From assembly GCA_964589775.1 (NCBI GenBank), contig CAZPUN010000023.1, forward strand, positions 2,135-66,134: a stretch of DNA of 64,000 nucleotides, in the 5' to 3' direction. The position numbers were made by a program, and so were the translations under genes. This document shows, in pieces, positions 40,938-50,494 of this stretch. The stretch comes from an uncultured archaeon. Lineage in GTDB: Archaea > Asgardarchaeota > Thorarchaeia > Thorarchaeales > CAZPUN01. Numbering within the stretch: position 1 is the first letter of the stretch; the number at the start of each line of letters is the position of its first letter. The notes below the pieces were generated by a model, which worked only from the letters and a program-made list of their open reading frames with translations, was not told where the DNA came from and searched no databases.

Positions 40938-41498
40938 TTATGGTTTATACCACTGGAATGCATAATATGCGACTTCACCGTTTTCTTTTACAGTTGCTAC
41001 AACGAATCTTTTTCTTACTGTAGTTGCAAGACGTCCTGCTCTAACGATATCAATTGGTTGAACTCCGATCGCTTTTGGATGTACATGTACCATAAATGGT
41101 GCATGATCTATTCCCGGTCCGTACTCGTAGATGGCGAAGTCGGTTCCAAATTTAAGTCCCGGTCTTACTACGTATCCTGCTTTTCTGAGATCTTTATATA
41201 CAATATATCGCTCTTCAAAATGAGGCACATTTTCTTCTGCTATTTTTTTTAGTGTATCTATATCCACAATTTTTGAATTTTCGCTATCATATACTTCAAT
41301 TCTGTTTTCTTCTATAAGATAGCATGCTTCTATTAATGATAATTCGAGAGGTCTTTGAAAATCGAAATTTTTGGGCTTTCTAATACCTACTGGTAATCCA
41401 TAAAATCCACTAGCATAGAGTGTCGATGCGTCTTCAATGTTCCACACTATTATTCTAGTACCTATTAGTTCCGCTCTTATTTTTTTATTATCGCTCAT
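40938..41498 (-). CDS. endA: tRNA-splicing endonuclease (EndA), short ~186-aa catalytic-subunit type
   Basis: Catalytic-domain motif LRKAGYVVRPGLKFGTDFAIYEYGPGIDHAPFMVHVHPK with the conserved Tyr/His/Lys. gaggaac RBS before MSDNKK. Confidence 0.8.
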   Translation of the reverse strand: MSDNKKIRAELIGTRIIVWNIEDASTLYASGFYGLPVGIRKPKNFDFQRPLELSLIEACYLIEENRIEVYDSENSKIVDIDTLKKIAEENVPHFEERYIVYKDLRKAGYVVRPGLKFGTDFAIYEYGPGIDHAPFMVHVHPKAIGVQPIDIVRAGRLATTVRKRFVVATVKENGEVAYYAFQWYKP

Positions 41499-41511
41499 CT
41501 GTGGGTTCCTC

Positions 41512-42171
41512 TTATGCCATATATGCAAGAGCAAGTATTAATACATTTTCAGCGGAGTCTTCTGCATAGTTTGCAATCTCTTCCATCGCATTTATGAAAT
41601 CTTTGAATTGCATCAAGACTTTTAATGGAATATCCATTTTGTATATATCATGGAGAATTTCTCGTTGCATGTTATCTAGTTGTTTTTCAATATCTCTTAC
41701 GACATCAGAAATTTCTATCGCTTTATTGTTATTTGTTGTGAGCATAATTGTTGATTCTCTCAGCTTTGCAACTTCTTTTTGGAGAAGATCTCCGTACGTT
41801 AATATTTTTTCTGCAAAATCTCCTGTTGGGGTCCACATATCTAGTAGCAATGAAAGATTGTATCCTGCGATTTCGGCGCCGTCTATTAATTTATCGTTGT
41901 TTAAAACGCCTCTCATGAAATCTTCTCTAAGTATTAGTCCTGTGGCTTTTGATAAATCTACAAGTATTTGTTTTTTAAGACGATTTCCTTTTTCTTCTAG
42001 ATCTGTTAGTTTCTTAAGGTGTTCTTCGATTTTCTTACCATTGTGTATCCATTCATCGATTATTTGTATGAGTTCATTTACGGCTTGAGTACTATATCTT
42101 GAATGTTCTTTAATTAGTTCCATTATTCTTGTGTTTTCTGAAGAGCGATATTTTGATTCGTCATACGCCAC
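41512..42171 (-). CDS. DUF47/PhoU-like (TIGR00153) family protein
   Basis: All-helical 219 aa with the PhoU-like repeat pattern ...ELIKEHSRYSTQAVNELIQIIDEW... Confidence 0.5.
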   Translation of the reverse strand: MAYDESKYRSSENTRIMELIKEHSRYSTQAVNELIQIIDEWIHNGKKIEEHLKKLTDLEEKGNRLKKQILVDLSKATGLILREDFMRGVLNNDKLIDGAEIAGYNLSLLLDMWTPTGDFAEKILTYGDLLQKEVAKLRESTIMLTTNNNKAIEISDVVRDIEKQLDNMQREILHDIYKMDIPLKVLMQFKDFINAMEEIANYAEDSAENVLILALAYMA

Positions 42172-42269
42172 TTTTGTAATCTCCTATTATGTGGTATGCC
42201 AATAGATTATAGCGAATCTTAAAAGTTATTTGATTTATTTACACAACGACTTATGTATCATAAAATACT

Positions 42270-43067
42270 ATGAAGGTTACGAACATGGATCCTATTGAGT
42301 ATATTATTATTGCACTTTTACAAGGTCTAGCTGAATGGTTACCTATCAGCAGTGAAGGGCAACTAATGTTATTTCTAAATTTTGCATCATCTATCAATCC
42401 CTATGAAGCTTTTGTTCTTGTGATTTGGCTGCATGTTGGTACGGCTGCTTCAGTAGTTGCGCGATATCCCAAAGAGATACTAAATATTCTTACTCTTAAT
42501 AATAGGCTTGATTTCAAATTGCTTTTGATTGCAACTATTGCTACTGCAATTAGTGGTATTCCAATGTATTTGTTCTTTGAGTCTTTTATAAATAATGCAC
42601 AAGGCGAATTCTTGAATTTATTAATTGGTGTTTTGTTAATTATCACTGGTATTATCTTGGCTATTTCATCAAAAAGAATGTTCGAAAATAAATCTGTAGA
42701 TAGTAAAATTATGTTCATAACAGGACTTATGCAAGGATTTGCAATTCTTCCCGGAATTAGTCGTTCGGGTGTAACTGTTGCTACATTATTGCTTCAAAAA
42801 ATCGAGAAAGAGACAGCTCTCAAATATAGCTTTCTAATGAGTATCCCCGCAATTTTAGGTGCGTTCTTTTTTGAAAATCTGAAATCTGGTTTTGTACTTC
42901 CTGGAGAGCCTGTGTTTTTAGGAATTGCAGAACTTGTAGCCTTTATTGTTGGATTCATTACTATGACTGCGCTTTTGCGTATCGCTAAAACTATTGATTT
43001 CTCAAAATTCTGTATCTTTATGGGACTGATCGCAGTTCTTATCTATCCCCTCAGTATTATTTTTTAA
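42270..43067 (+). CDS. uppP: undecaprenyl-diphosphatase (BacA/UppP)
   Basis: GLAEWLPISSEGQL and PGISRSG motifs. Confidence 0.85.
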   Translation: MKVTNMDPIEYIIIALLQGLAEWLPISSEGQLMLFLNFASSINPYEAFVLVIWLHVGTAASVVARYPKEILNILTLNNRLDFKLLLIATIATAISGIPMYLFFESFINNAQGEFLNLLIGVLLIITGIILAISSKRMFENKSVDSKIMFITGLMQGFAILPGISRSGVTVATLLLQKIEKETALKYSFLMSIPAILGAFFFENLKSGFVLPGEPVFLGIAELVAFIVGFITMTALLRIAKTIDFSKFCIFMGLIAVLIYPLSIIF

Positions 43068-43076
43068 GTCCCATTT

Positions 43077-43796
43077 TTATTTCTTTTTAAATAAAATCGC
43101 TACTGGAGCATTTGCTTTTCGCCATTCAGCAAGTTTTCCTTCATACTGCATAGGCAATTCATGTCTTCCATGATTTCCTATAATTATGAACAACGTATTT
43201 GATTCTGCTTGTCTATATAGTATTTTCACCCAATTGTCTGTACGTGTAATTAATTTTTGGATTAATTTTTCAGGCGGCGTTTGGCGTGCATATTGTGCAT
43301 ATAGAAATTCAAAATCAAGAAAATGGATAAAGACAAGATCTTGTCTATTTATGACCTTTGTTGCTTGAACATAAGCTGTCATATCATCTCTGCATTCAAT
43401 AGATTTGACTTCTGGAGGTACAAATGTCGCGATGTCTTCTTTTCTTCCAATAAATGTAGTATTTTTCCCATCTATATATACACGTCTTAATAGATTATCA
43501 TTTGTTTGTTGTTGTGCTCCGTAGATTATTTCTGATAGTAATGGTATTGCATAAGGATTGTTTGTTTCCAATAATGCTATTAATTCGAGATTTTTGATCA
43601 AAGTTTCTGGCTTATAGACGACTGTTTCAAAAAGTCCAAAATTATCTATTATGATAATGACTACTTTATTTGCACTTATTAGTGATTCATCTATGTTATA
43701 TTCTGGTTGTAAATTATTGGGTATTCCTAATGATTTTAGTATCAATTCTCTAAAATATACTGCCGGAATCTTTATGGACTTGAAGCTTGGAGGCAA
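43077..43796 (-). CDS. alkaline-phosphatase-superfamily-like (type I phosphodiesterase/nucleotide pyrophosphatase-like) protein
   Basis: VIIIIDNFG and IIIGNHGRHEL resemble the metal-ligand motifs of the AP superfamily; tentative. Confidence 0.35.
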   Translation of the reverse strand: MPPSFKSIKIPAVYFRELILKSLGIPNNLQPEYNIDESLISANKVVIIIIDNFGLFETVVYKPETLIKNLELIALLETNNPYAIPLLSEIIYGAQQQTNDNLLRRVYIDGKNTTFIGRKEDIATFVPPEVKSIECRDDMTAYVQATKVINRQDLVFIHFLDFEFLYAQYARQTPPEKLIQKLITRTDNWVKILYRQAESNTLFIIIGNHGRHELPMQYEGKLAEWRKANAPVAILFKKK

Positions 43797-43811
43797 TTTT
43801 TAATCCTCCTG

Positions 43812-44471
43812 TTAAAATCCTCCGAAATCATCATCCGCAGAGATAATTTTTTCTTCTTCCTCCGGTGGTACTGGAATTACCTTCTCTTTCTCTAACTTTT
43901 CTGCGAATCTGTCAGCAATCTTTTGAATTCTTTTTTCTACAATCAAATAGATTGTTTTTGTTAAATCGTATAGTACTACTAAAGTCAAGGAAAGTATTAT
44001 CCCCATTGGGATCCAGTATATTATAGGCGCATCGATTTCAAATGGGACTAAATATGGATATGCAATTGCGCCAATAACAAGTAGTAATATTATATATACG
44101 ATGTCTAAAGGTATCCTTCTAGCGGTACCCTTTGAACTTGCTTTCTGTCGTGGCAATCGTGAAACTATCATTACCATGACCTTATCTAATAGTATTCCAA
44201 AGTCTACAGCGGTTTTTGCGCAGAATAAGAATATTAGAATCAAATTACCAATATTAAACAAATCAAATATACTGATATTTGTACCAGGTATAATTTGTGT
44301 TAGGAATCCTAATTTTAATGTTACATAGAAATAGAACAGACTAGATATTACTACCATCAGAATTCCGAGTGCGACGCTTGCTGATTTCTCTCTAACTACT
44401 TTTGCAAGTTCTTTTCTTTCCATAGCTTTTGCTTCTTCTTCTTTCAAAAAGGGTACCTCCATTATATACAT
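43812..44471 (-). CDS. hypothetical polytopic membrane protein
   Basis: Four predicted TM segments; acidic C-terminus. Confidence 0.35.
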   Translation of the reverse strand: MYIMEVPFLKEEEAKAMERKELAKVVREKSASVALGILMVVISSLFYFYVTLKLGFLTQIIPGTNISIFDLFNIGNLILIFLFCAKTAVDFGILLDKVMVMIVSRLPRQKASSKGTARRIPLDIVYIILLLVIGAIAYPYLVPFEIDAPIIYWIPMGIILSLTLVVLYDLTKTIYLIVEKRIQKIADRFAEKLEKEKVIPVPPEEEEKIISADDDFGGF

Positions 44472-44583
44472 GCATTGATTTATTACTTAATATTTTTTTC
44501 TAATTACTTTTTTCATAATTTCGATTTATTTTATTATGTATTATCCTCTAAATTTATTTAGCTTTATTATATGTATCTTAACT

Positions 44584-45222
44584 ATGAATTCTGAAACATT
44601 AGATGCATTATGGAAGTTTGCAGAAGAAAAGCTTGGTTCTAATGACCTGACCCATGATTTAGGACACACGCGACGTGTATATAATCTTGCAATTAAACTA
44701 TCAAAGCAAGTGGGCGCAGATTTAGATATAATCATGGCAGCTGCAATTCTTCATGATACCGGACGACCTGAAGAGAAAAGTAGTGGAATTTCACATGCAA
44801 AGATCTCTGCAGATTATGCACGAAAACTTTTAGAATCACTTGATTTTCCGACTGAAAAAATCCCTGCTGTATGTGATGCAATTCGTACGCATCGTTTCAG
44901 TGAAGGTTTAACTCCAAACTCATTAGAAGGCAAAGTACTTTCCGATGCCGATAAATTAGATGCAATGGGGGCTATCGGCTTATATCGTACTATTGCAAAT
45001 AATGTACGTAAGGGGTATGGATTACTAAGTGTCTTAAAACATTTGAATGATAAATTATTAAAGTTAAAAGATTTAATTTATCTTGAACCAGCAAAAGTAC
45101 TTGCTCAAAAACGACACAAATTATTACTTGATTTTGTATGCCAAATAGTTCGCGAATATTTAGAGACCGAAACAGATCTACCTGAACTAATTATTCATTT
45201 TAAAAAAATGTGTGATATTTAA
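44584..45222 (+). CDS. HD-domain phosphohydrolase
   Basis: HDLGHTRRV...ILHDTGR...DADKLDAMGAIG HD motifs. Confidence 0.75.
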   Translation: MNSETLDALWKFAEEKLGSNDLTHDLGHTRRVYNLAIKLSKQVGADLDIIMAAAILHDTGRPEEKSSGISHAKISADYARKLLESLDFPTEKIPAVCDAIRTHRFSEGLTPNSLEGKVLSDADKLDAMGAIGLYRTIANNVRKGYGLLSVLKHLNDKLLKLKDLIYLEPAKVLAQKRHKLLLDFVCQIVREYLETETDLPELIIHFKKMCDI

Positions 45223-45755
45223 GATTCTAAAATTAATTCCAAGTATGATTTTCTAATATAATCTTCTTTCTTTATTCCTATTTTTGAACCAAGGTCAAAT
45301 ATATATTTTAATGCATCATCGATTTCTGCATTATTCTTAACTATTATCTCAAGTTCGACAAAATCTCCGAGTTTATATACGTGATCTAATGTTAGTGTAA
45401 TATTATTGAGCTCAAACACACTTCTAAATTTATTCACTTCTCCAACCGGTGTAAATCCCAAAGCTTCTATAATTTCTGTAATTTTTTCAAGTTCACTTAC
45501 ATTTACATTTATTTCACGACGAGTTTTTGACACTTTATTTAACTTAGGCCCTTTATATGTTATCAAAACTATTTTCTCTTTACTTATTTCTCTTATTCGT
45601 AAGGCTTCGTCTGTTTTAGTAAAATCTCGACAAGGATGTTGATAATATACATCGTGTTCTTCTAGTTTTTCTATAAATCGAGCGCCTAAATCTACTATTT
45701 TTTTCTCAATTTGGCTTAAATTTGATACGCGTGCTTTAATCTCAACTTCAATCAT
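45219..45755 (-). CDS. CYTH-domain (triphosphate tunnel metalloenzyme / class IV adenylyl cyclase-like) protein
   Basis: N-terminal EVEIKARV (ExExK) signature. Confidence 0.75.
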   Translation of the reverse strand: MIEVEIKARVSNLSQIEKKIVDLGARFIEKLEEHDVYYQHPCRDFTKTDEALRIREISKEKIVLITYKGPKLNKVSKTRREINVNVSELEKITEIIEALGFTPVGEVNKFRSVFELNNITLTLDHVYKLGDFVELEIIVKNNAEIDDALKYIFDLGSKIGIKKEDYIRKSYLELILES

Positions 45756-45803
45756 TATTATCCCGATGGATATATTGATAAATACCATTTATCTTTTTCT
45801 AGT

Positions 45804-46793
45804 TTGCAGTATGAGGTGCGTTCCGTGACTGATGATGAAATTAAAATTGCATCTGACTTGGCTCAAGAATATGGATATAAAAAATATATGATTGCACGTT
45901 ATCTGAAGCTCTGGGGTATTTCTGAAACCAAGCAATTATTAGAATCAAATGAACGGCAGGTCACACCGACTATTCGCTATAACTCTTTGCGTATTGACCG
46001 CGAAACATTTGAAGCCCAACTTGAGAAAAGAAATATAGATCTAGAACAAATTGATTGGCTTCCTGACGCCTATTTTGTAAAAGAATCGCAAGTACCAATA
46101 GGTGCTACAATAGAGCATCTTCTTGGCTGGTATTATATTCAAGCGATTCCATCTATTGTTGCAGCTTATGTGCTTAATCCTTCTGAGAATGATATTGTGT
46201 TTGATATTGCGGCAGCACCGGGTGGAAAGACTACATATCTTGCACAGCTTATGAATAACTCCGGTTTAATTGTTGCAATGGATCCAGACCGATTGAGGCT
46301 ACGTGCCCTTAAAAGTAATATATCGCGATGTGGTGTTCGTAATACAATCGTAATGCGATTTGACGGTAAAAATCTTAATAGGCTGCCCTTTGTTCCAGAT
46401 AAGATTTTACTTGATGCACCTTGTACTGGGGAAGGACTGATTGTAAAAGATCCTAGTAGAAAGACAAGTAAAACACAAGCGGATATAATGTATTGTTCAA
46501 CACTACAAAAGGATCTTCTATCTGTTGCGCTCAAGGTATTAAAGCCGGGTGGTGAACTTGTATATTCTACATGTTCCATAGGTCCAGAAGAAAATGAGAT
46601 GGTTATTGATTTTGTGTTACAATCATTTCCCGAAGTTTCAATTATTCCAATGAGCATTAAGGTTGGTGAACCCGGTATTGTTGAGCCATTTGGTGTAAAG
46701 TTACGTGCCGACCTGATCAATGCACGTAGATTTTATCCACACAAGCATGGTACTGAAGGTTTCTTTATAATTAAGTTAAAAAAAGGTGAATAA
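45804..46793 (+). CDS. NOL1/NOP2/Sun family RNA (cytosine-C5)-methyltransferase
   Basis: DIAAAPGGKT SAM motif; DAPCTGEG and TCS catalytic Cys motifs. Confidence 0.85.
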   Translation: MQYEVRSVTDDEIKIASDLAQEYGYKKYMIARYLKLWGISETKQLLESNERQVTPTIRYNSLRIDRETFEAQLEKRNIDLEQIDWLPDAYFVKESQVPIGATIEHLLGWYYIQAIPSIVAAYVLNPSENDIVFDIAAAPGGKTTYLAQLMNNSGLIVAMDPDRLRLRALKSNISRCGVRNTIVMRFDGKNLNRLPFVPDKILLDAPCTGEGLIVKDPSRKTSKTQADIMYCSTLQKDLLSVALKVLKPGGELVYSTCSIGPEENEMVIDFVLQSFPEVSIIPMSIKVGEPGIVEPFGVKLRADLINARRFYPHKHGTEGFFIIKLKKGE

Positions 46794-47349
46794 TATGAGT
46801 GATTTTTACAAAGCATCGAATTCATTTGTGAAACGGGTACGAGCACGATCTGCCGATTGGTTTGGGCGTGATTACTTTGGGGAAATATTTCAAGATACTG
46901 TTTTTGTGATCAAGGAACGCAAGAAATCTTTAAGCTTATATGCTATTTCTTCTTTATTATGGGAAAAATTACAAGATCTATTGAATGTACAAGGACTAAA
47001 GATTGAATCTGTGGGTGTTTGGGTTGGTGAAGTTAAAGAGGAGAACTTTAATCCAAGTCTTGAATTGATGCAGCTCATTGCTCCACATATTCGTGGAAGA
47101 ACAATGTATTTGACAGAACGTGGTTCTCAAATATTTGTTTATGGGCACAATGTTCTTGCGCAATCAGTTAAAAAAGTCACTCGTGATGTCTCTAAAAACG
47201 ATATTGTTTTAGTGAGATCATTTGAAGGGTTACCTATCGGTATGGCTAAGATTTTGGAAAATCCAAAGAAAATTAGAAAAATGAATGACGATGAAGTTTT
47301 TGCGAAGAATCTTCTCGATGTTGGATGGTATATTAGGAGTGGTGGGTAG
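46786..47349 (+). CDS. Nip7-like PUA-domain protein
   Basis: C-terminal PUA-like NDIVLVRSFEGLPIGMAKI...LLDVGWYIR. Overlaps the Nop2/Sun gene by 8 nt. Confidence 0.55.
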   Translation: MNNMSDFYKASNSFVKRVRARSADWFGRDYFGEIFQDTVFVIKERKKSLSLYAISSLLWEKLQDLLNVQGLKIESVGVWVGEVKEENFNPSLELMQLIAPHIRGRTMYLTERGSQIFVYGHNVLAQSVKKVTRDVSKNDIVLVRSFEGLPIGMAKILENPKKIRKMNDDEVFAKNLLDVGWYIRSGG

Positions 47350-47367
47350 TGCCACTCCATGAATGAA

Positions 47368-48105
47368 CTAAACGTACATGTTTGAAGGTCTTTCGCCACC
47401 ATCATAATGACGTTTCATCTTTTCGATTTTTTCGATTTCTTTTGATTCATCCAATAGCTGAGTAACGTCTACATTCATGTCAAACATTTCATTTAATTTT
47501 TCAAGTGTTGTAGCTGCCGCCCGTGGATCTGGGCGTCCTCTTTGTGCATATGATAATAATCCGATAGCAGACATATTTCGAATTTCTAAATGTGCGAGTA
47601 GAAGTGCTAGAGGACCTGCAACAAAGAGTCCTTCTTCCAATAATTGTATGTTCCATTTCTCTAATTTGTCTTTAGCGGCGCTTGTTGGTATTCCTCTCAT
47701 AGTGTCTTCTTCATTTTCTCTAAAGTTAACGTCTAGTCCTCCAATGAGAATATTTTCACGGAATCCTTTAGCATGAAGCCAATCTGCTAATTCATCTATA
47801 AAGTTCCATTGTTCGGCTTGATGTGGTTGGAATCTTGGTACCAAAAATACAAAATTTTTGTACTTAAACAGTTCAAATGGTAGACTAATATGCCCATTTT
47901 CCACAGAAACAAATAATGGCATTACATCCGATTTGATAAATCCAATTCTTTCAGCTTCGAGGGTTCGTATTAAATGTGCAACTGATAAATATCCTACTTC
48001 TCCTAATCCATGAAATCCTGTAATGAATATCGAATCAGGTTCTATATCTTTTCCTTCCTTTATTATTATTTTAAAATTGGAAGGCTTTGTACTTACAAAT
48101 GACAT
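47368..48105 (-). CDS. PAC2-family (PbaA/PbaB-like) proteasome assembly chaperone
   Basis: ITGFHGLGEVGYLSVAHLIRTL N-terminal signature of PF09754. Confidence 0.6.
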   Translation of the reverse strand: MSFVSTKPSNFKIIIKEGKDIEPDSIFITGFHGLGEVGYLSVAHLIRTLEAERIGFIKSDVMPLFVSVENGHISLPFELFKYKNFVFLVPRFQPHQAEQWNFIDELADWLHAKGFRENILIGGLDVNFRENEEDTMRGIPTSAAKDKLEKWNIQLLEEGLFVAGPLALLLAHLEIRNMSAIGLLSYAQRGRPDPRAAATTLEKLNEMFDMNVDVTQLLDESKEIEKIEKMKRHYDGGERPSNMYV

Positions 48106-48253
48106 TATATGACGCCCCAAATATATTGTATGTTATGTATCTAACACATCTATTTTTTTGTTTTGCATGATTTATTTGAATTCCTTTATTAAGAATTCTA
48201 TAACTACAACAACCGAATAGTTTTTCATTTTTCAGTTTTATGTATTTATTGAA

Positions 48254-49342
48254 ATGATATGGCGAAAAGATTATATTTGGTCAAATGAGGACCTTAAGAA
48301 TCGATTGAAGCGATATTATGGGCTCATAAATGGACTATACTATGCAAAATACCTAATTGCAAAAACAATCCCTGCTGAAATTTCTTTAGATTCTCCATTA
48401 GATTCTCTATGGGCTGAACATGATAGATTGTCTGCAATTTTTCAAAAGGAATTTGATATGTTTGATAACAAAAATAAGCGTAGTCTTCATTTTGTTTCCC
48501 CTTCTTATCTAGATTTAAAAATTGAAATTGCAAATAGATCCTTGGAAAGTTGTGAATTTTGTGAGCATCGTTGTAAAGTAAATAGATTCCAAACAGATCA
48601 TGGTGTATGCCGTCTTAATTCAAAGTCCCGTGTATCATCTGCTTTTTTGCATCCAGGCGAGGAAGATCCATTAGTACCAAGTGGTACAATTTTCTTTTCA
48701 TCTTGTATGTTCAAATGTGTATTTTGCCAAAATTTCGATATCTCAACAAATCCGCACTCTGGACATATTGTTTCCCCAAAAGAACTTGCGAAACTTGCAA
48801 ATTCATTATCAAAAGAAGGTGCTCTTAATATTAATTATGTCGGTGGTGATCCAATTCCTAATACCCACACGATTTTAACCTCTTTAAAATACCAAACAGA
48901 AAATATTACACAACTTTGGAATTCTAACTTGTACTGTACTGAAAACACTATGAAGCTTCTTTTTGATGTCATTGACCTTTGGCTTCCAGATTTCAAGTAT
49001 GGTAATAATGAGTGTGGCTTGAAATATTCTCGGATACCTCGATATTATGATGTAATTTCCCGAAATTTGAAAATGATTGCTGAACATGGTGATGAGATAA
49101 TTATTCGACATCTTGTATTGCCAAATCATATACATTGTTGTACATTTCCTATATTAGAGTTCATTCATGATAATTTACCTAATGCATTAGTTAATATTAT
49201 GGGGCAATACCGCCCCGAATATTTAGTACGTTCTCAGCCTTCGCGTTTTCCTGAAATTGCTCGACGACCTACAAGAGATGAAATGCATTCTGCATTTGAG
49301 TATGCAGATCAACTTGGAATCGTTTGGCGACCTGTGTCTTGA
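48254..49342 (+). CDS. radical SAM protein, PflX-like (COG1313)
   Basis: SCMFKCVFCQN (CxxxCxxC), NYVGGDP glycine-rich SAM site, and an N-terminal extra Cys cluster CEFCEHRC. Confidence 0.7.
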   Translation: MIWRKDYIWSNEDLKNRLKRYYGLINGLYYAKYLIAKTIPAEISLDSPLDSLWAEHDRLSAIFQKEFDMFDNKNKRSLHFVSPSYLDLKIEIANRSLESCEFCEHRCKVNRFQTDHGVCRLNSKSRVSSAFLHPGEEDPLVPSGTIFFSSCMFKCVFCQNFDISTNPHSGHIVSPKELAKLANSLSKEGALNINYVGGDPIPNTHTILTSLKYQTENITQLWNSNLYCTENTMKLLFDVIDLWLPDFKYGNNECGLKYSRIPRYYDVISRNLKMIAEHGDEIIIRHLVLPNHIHCCTFPILEFIHDNLPNALVNIMGQYRPEYLVRSQPSRFPEIARRPTRDEMHSAFEYADQLGIVWRPVS

Positions 49343-49392
49343 TGCAAAATCTTTAATTATAACTATCTGAATTCTATAAATAGGTGACTAAT

Positions 49393-49617
49393 TTGTGCTT
49401 AGCAGTACCTGGTGAAGTTGTGTCTATTGACGGAGATCGTGCCGAAGTAGACTTCGGTGGTGTTAAAAAAACAGTGATTGTAAGTCTAATTGATGACTTA
49501 AAGGTTGGAGATTATGTGATTGTCCATACTGGTTATGCTATTGAAAAGTTGCGAAAGGAAGAAGCGTTAAAAACTTTAAAACTATGGGACGCTATTGATG
49601 AAATAGTAAATCAATAG
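49393..49617 (+). CDS. hypC: [NiFe]-hydrogenase maturation chaperone HypC/HybG-like
   Basis: TTG start after aggtga RBS gives MCLAVPGEVVSIDGDRAEVDFGGVKKTVIVSLIDDLKVGDYVIVHTGYAIEKL. This is the invariant MC N-terminus and OB-fold core of HypC. Confidence 0.75.
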   Translation: MCLAVPGEVVSIDGDRAEVDFGGVKKTVIVSLIDDLKVGDYVIVHTGYAIEKLRKEEALKTLKLWDAIDEIVNQ

Positions 49618-49627
49618 GTGTAATTTC

Positions 49628-50494
49628 ATGAGTAATCTAATTGAAAAATACATGCAAGAATTTGGTCAAAAGATTAATACTTCCCCCGAATTGTCCGATG
49701 TTTCTCAAGATGCAATTTCAAAAAAGTTATCTGATCTTTTCGTTGTATTACTTGCAGGTGGGAAAGGCGAACGTATTCGTAGCGTAACACATAATGAAGA
49801 TATTAATAAAGTTATGATACGCCCATTGGAAAAAGAAAGTCTAATTGAATTGGCAATTAAAATGTATGCAAATGTGGGTGTAAGGAATTTTGTTGTTCTA
49901 ACTGGATTTCTTGCGGATAAAGTCATGGAACATCTAGGTAATGGTAGTAAATATGGAGTTTCGATTAGATATTCTCCAGACCCTGATAGATTAGTTGGTA
50001 GTGGTGGTGCAGTCTTAAATGCGATTGTGAATGGCGTTCTACCTGAGGATAAAATGATTATTATTCACAATCCTGATGATTTAATAATTCTTGATGATGG
50101 AAAATCATTTCCGGTAGAGTTAGTGCGGCATCACATCTTTGGATTATTACATGGTACATTGGCTACCGTTGTTGCTGTTCCATATACCTCGTATGCCTAT
50201 TCTGGAATGGTAATTGATAAGGGGCTAGTACGATCAATTCAGAAATATCCCAAGATATATGTTCCTGCGCACACTGGAGTTACAGCATTTGAACCACAAG
50301 CTTTACAATTATTTAAAACGTACATAGATCTTAATAAGAAGACCTCATTTGAAGATATTATTTTACCAATACTAAGTAATGAAGGAAAACTCTTTTCATA
50401 TGTCATACCTGCCGATTCGTGGATTCCCGTAAATGATTTGAAAGGTCTAAATGCAGCACGGAGACGGCTGCAGTCTATGGGGCTTCCAAAATAG
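49628..50494 (+). CDS. sugar-phosphate nucleotidyltransferase (NTP_transferase family)
   Basis: LLAGGKGERI signature (GxGxR) and Rossmann-like GT-A N-terminal domain. Confidence 0.7.
   Translation: MSNLIEKYMQEFGQKINTSPELSDVSQDAISKKLSDLFVVLLAGGKGERIRSVTHNEDINKVMIRPLEKESLIELAIKMYANVGVRNFVVLTGFLADKVMEHLGNGSKYGVSIRYSPDPDRLVGSGGAVLNAIVNGVLPEDKMIIIHNPDDLIILDDGKSFPVELVRHHIFGLLHGTLATVVAVPYTSYAYSGMVIDKGLVRSIQKYPKIYVPAHTGVTAFEPQALQLFKTYIDLNKKTSFEDIILPILSNEGKLFSYVIPADSWIPVNDLKGLNAARRRLQSMGLPK

Noticed and set aside
41594-42088. 164-aa ORF antisense to the DUF47/PhoU-like gene
   Set aside because: Ser/Ile-rich low-complexity translation; shadow ORF.
46166-46720. 184-aa ORF antisense to the Nop2/Sun methyltransferase
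   Set aside because: Inside a strongly supported gene; no motifs.
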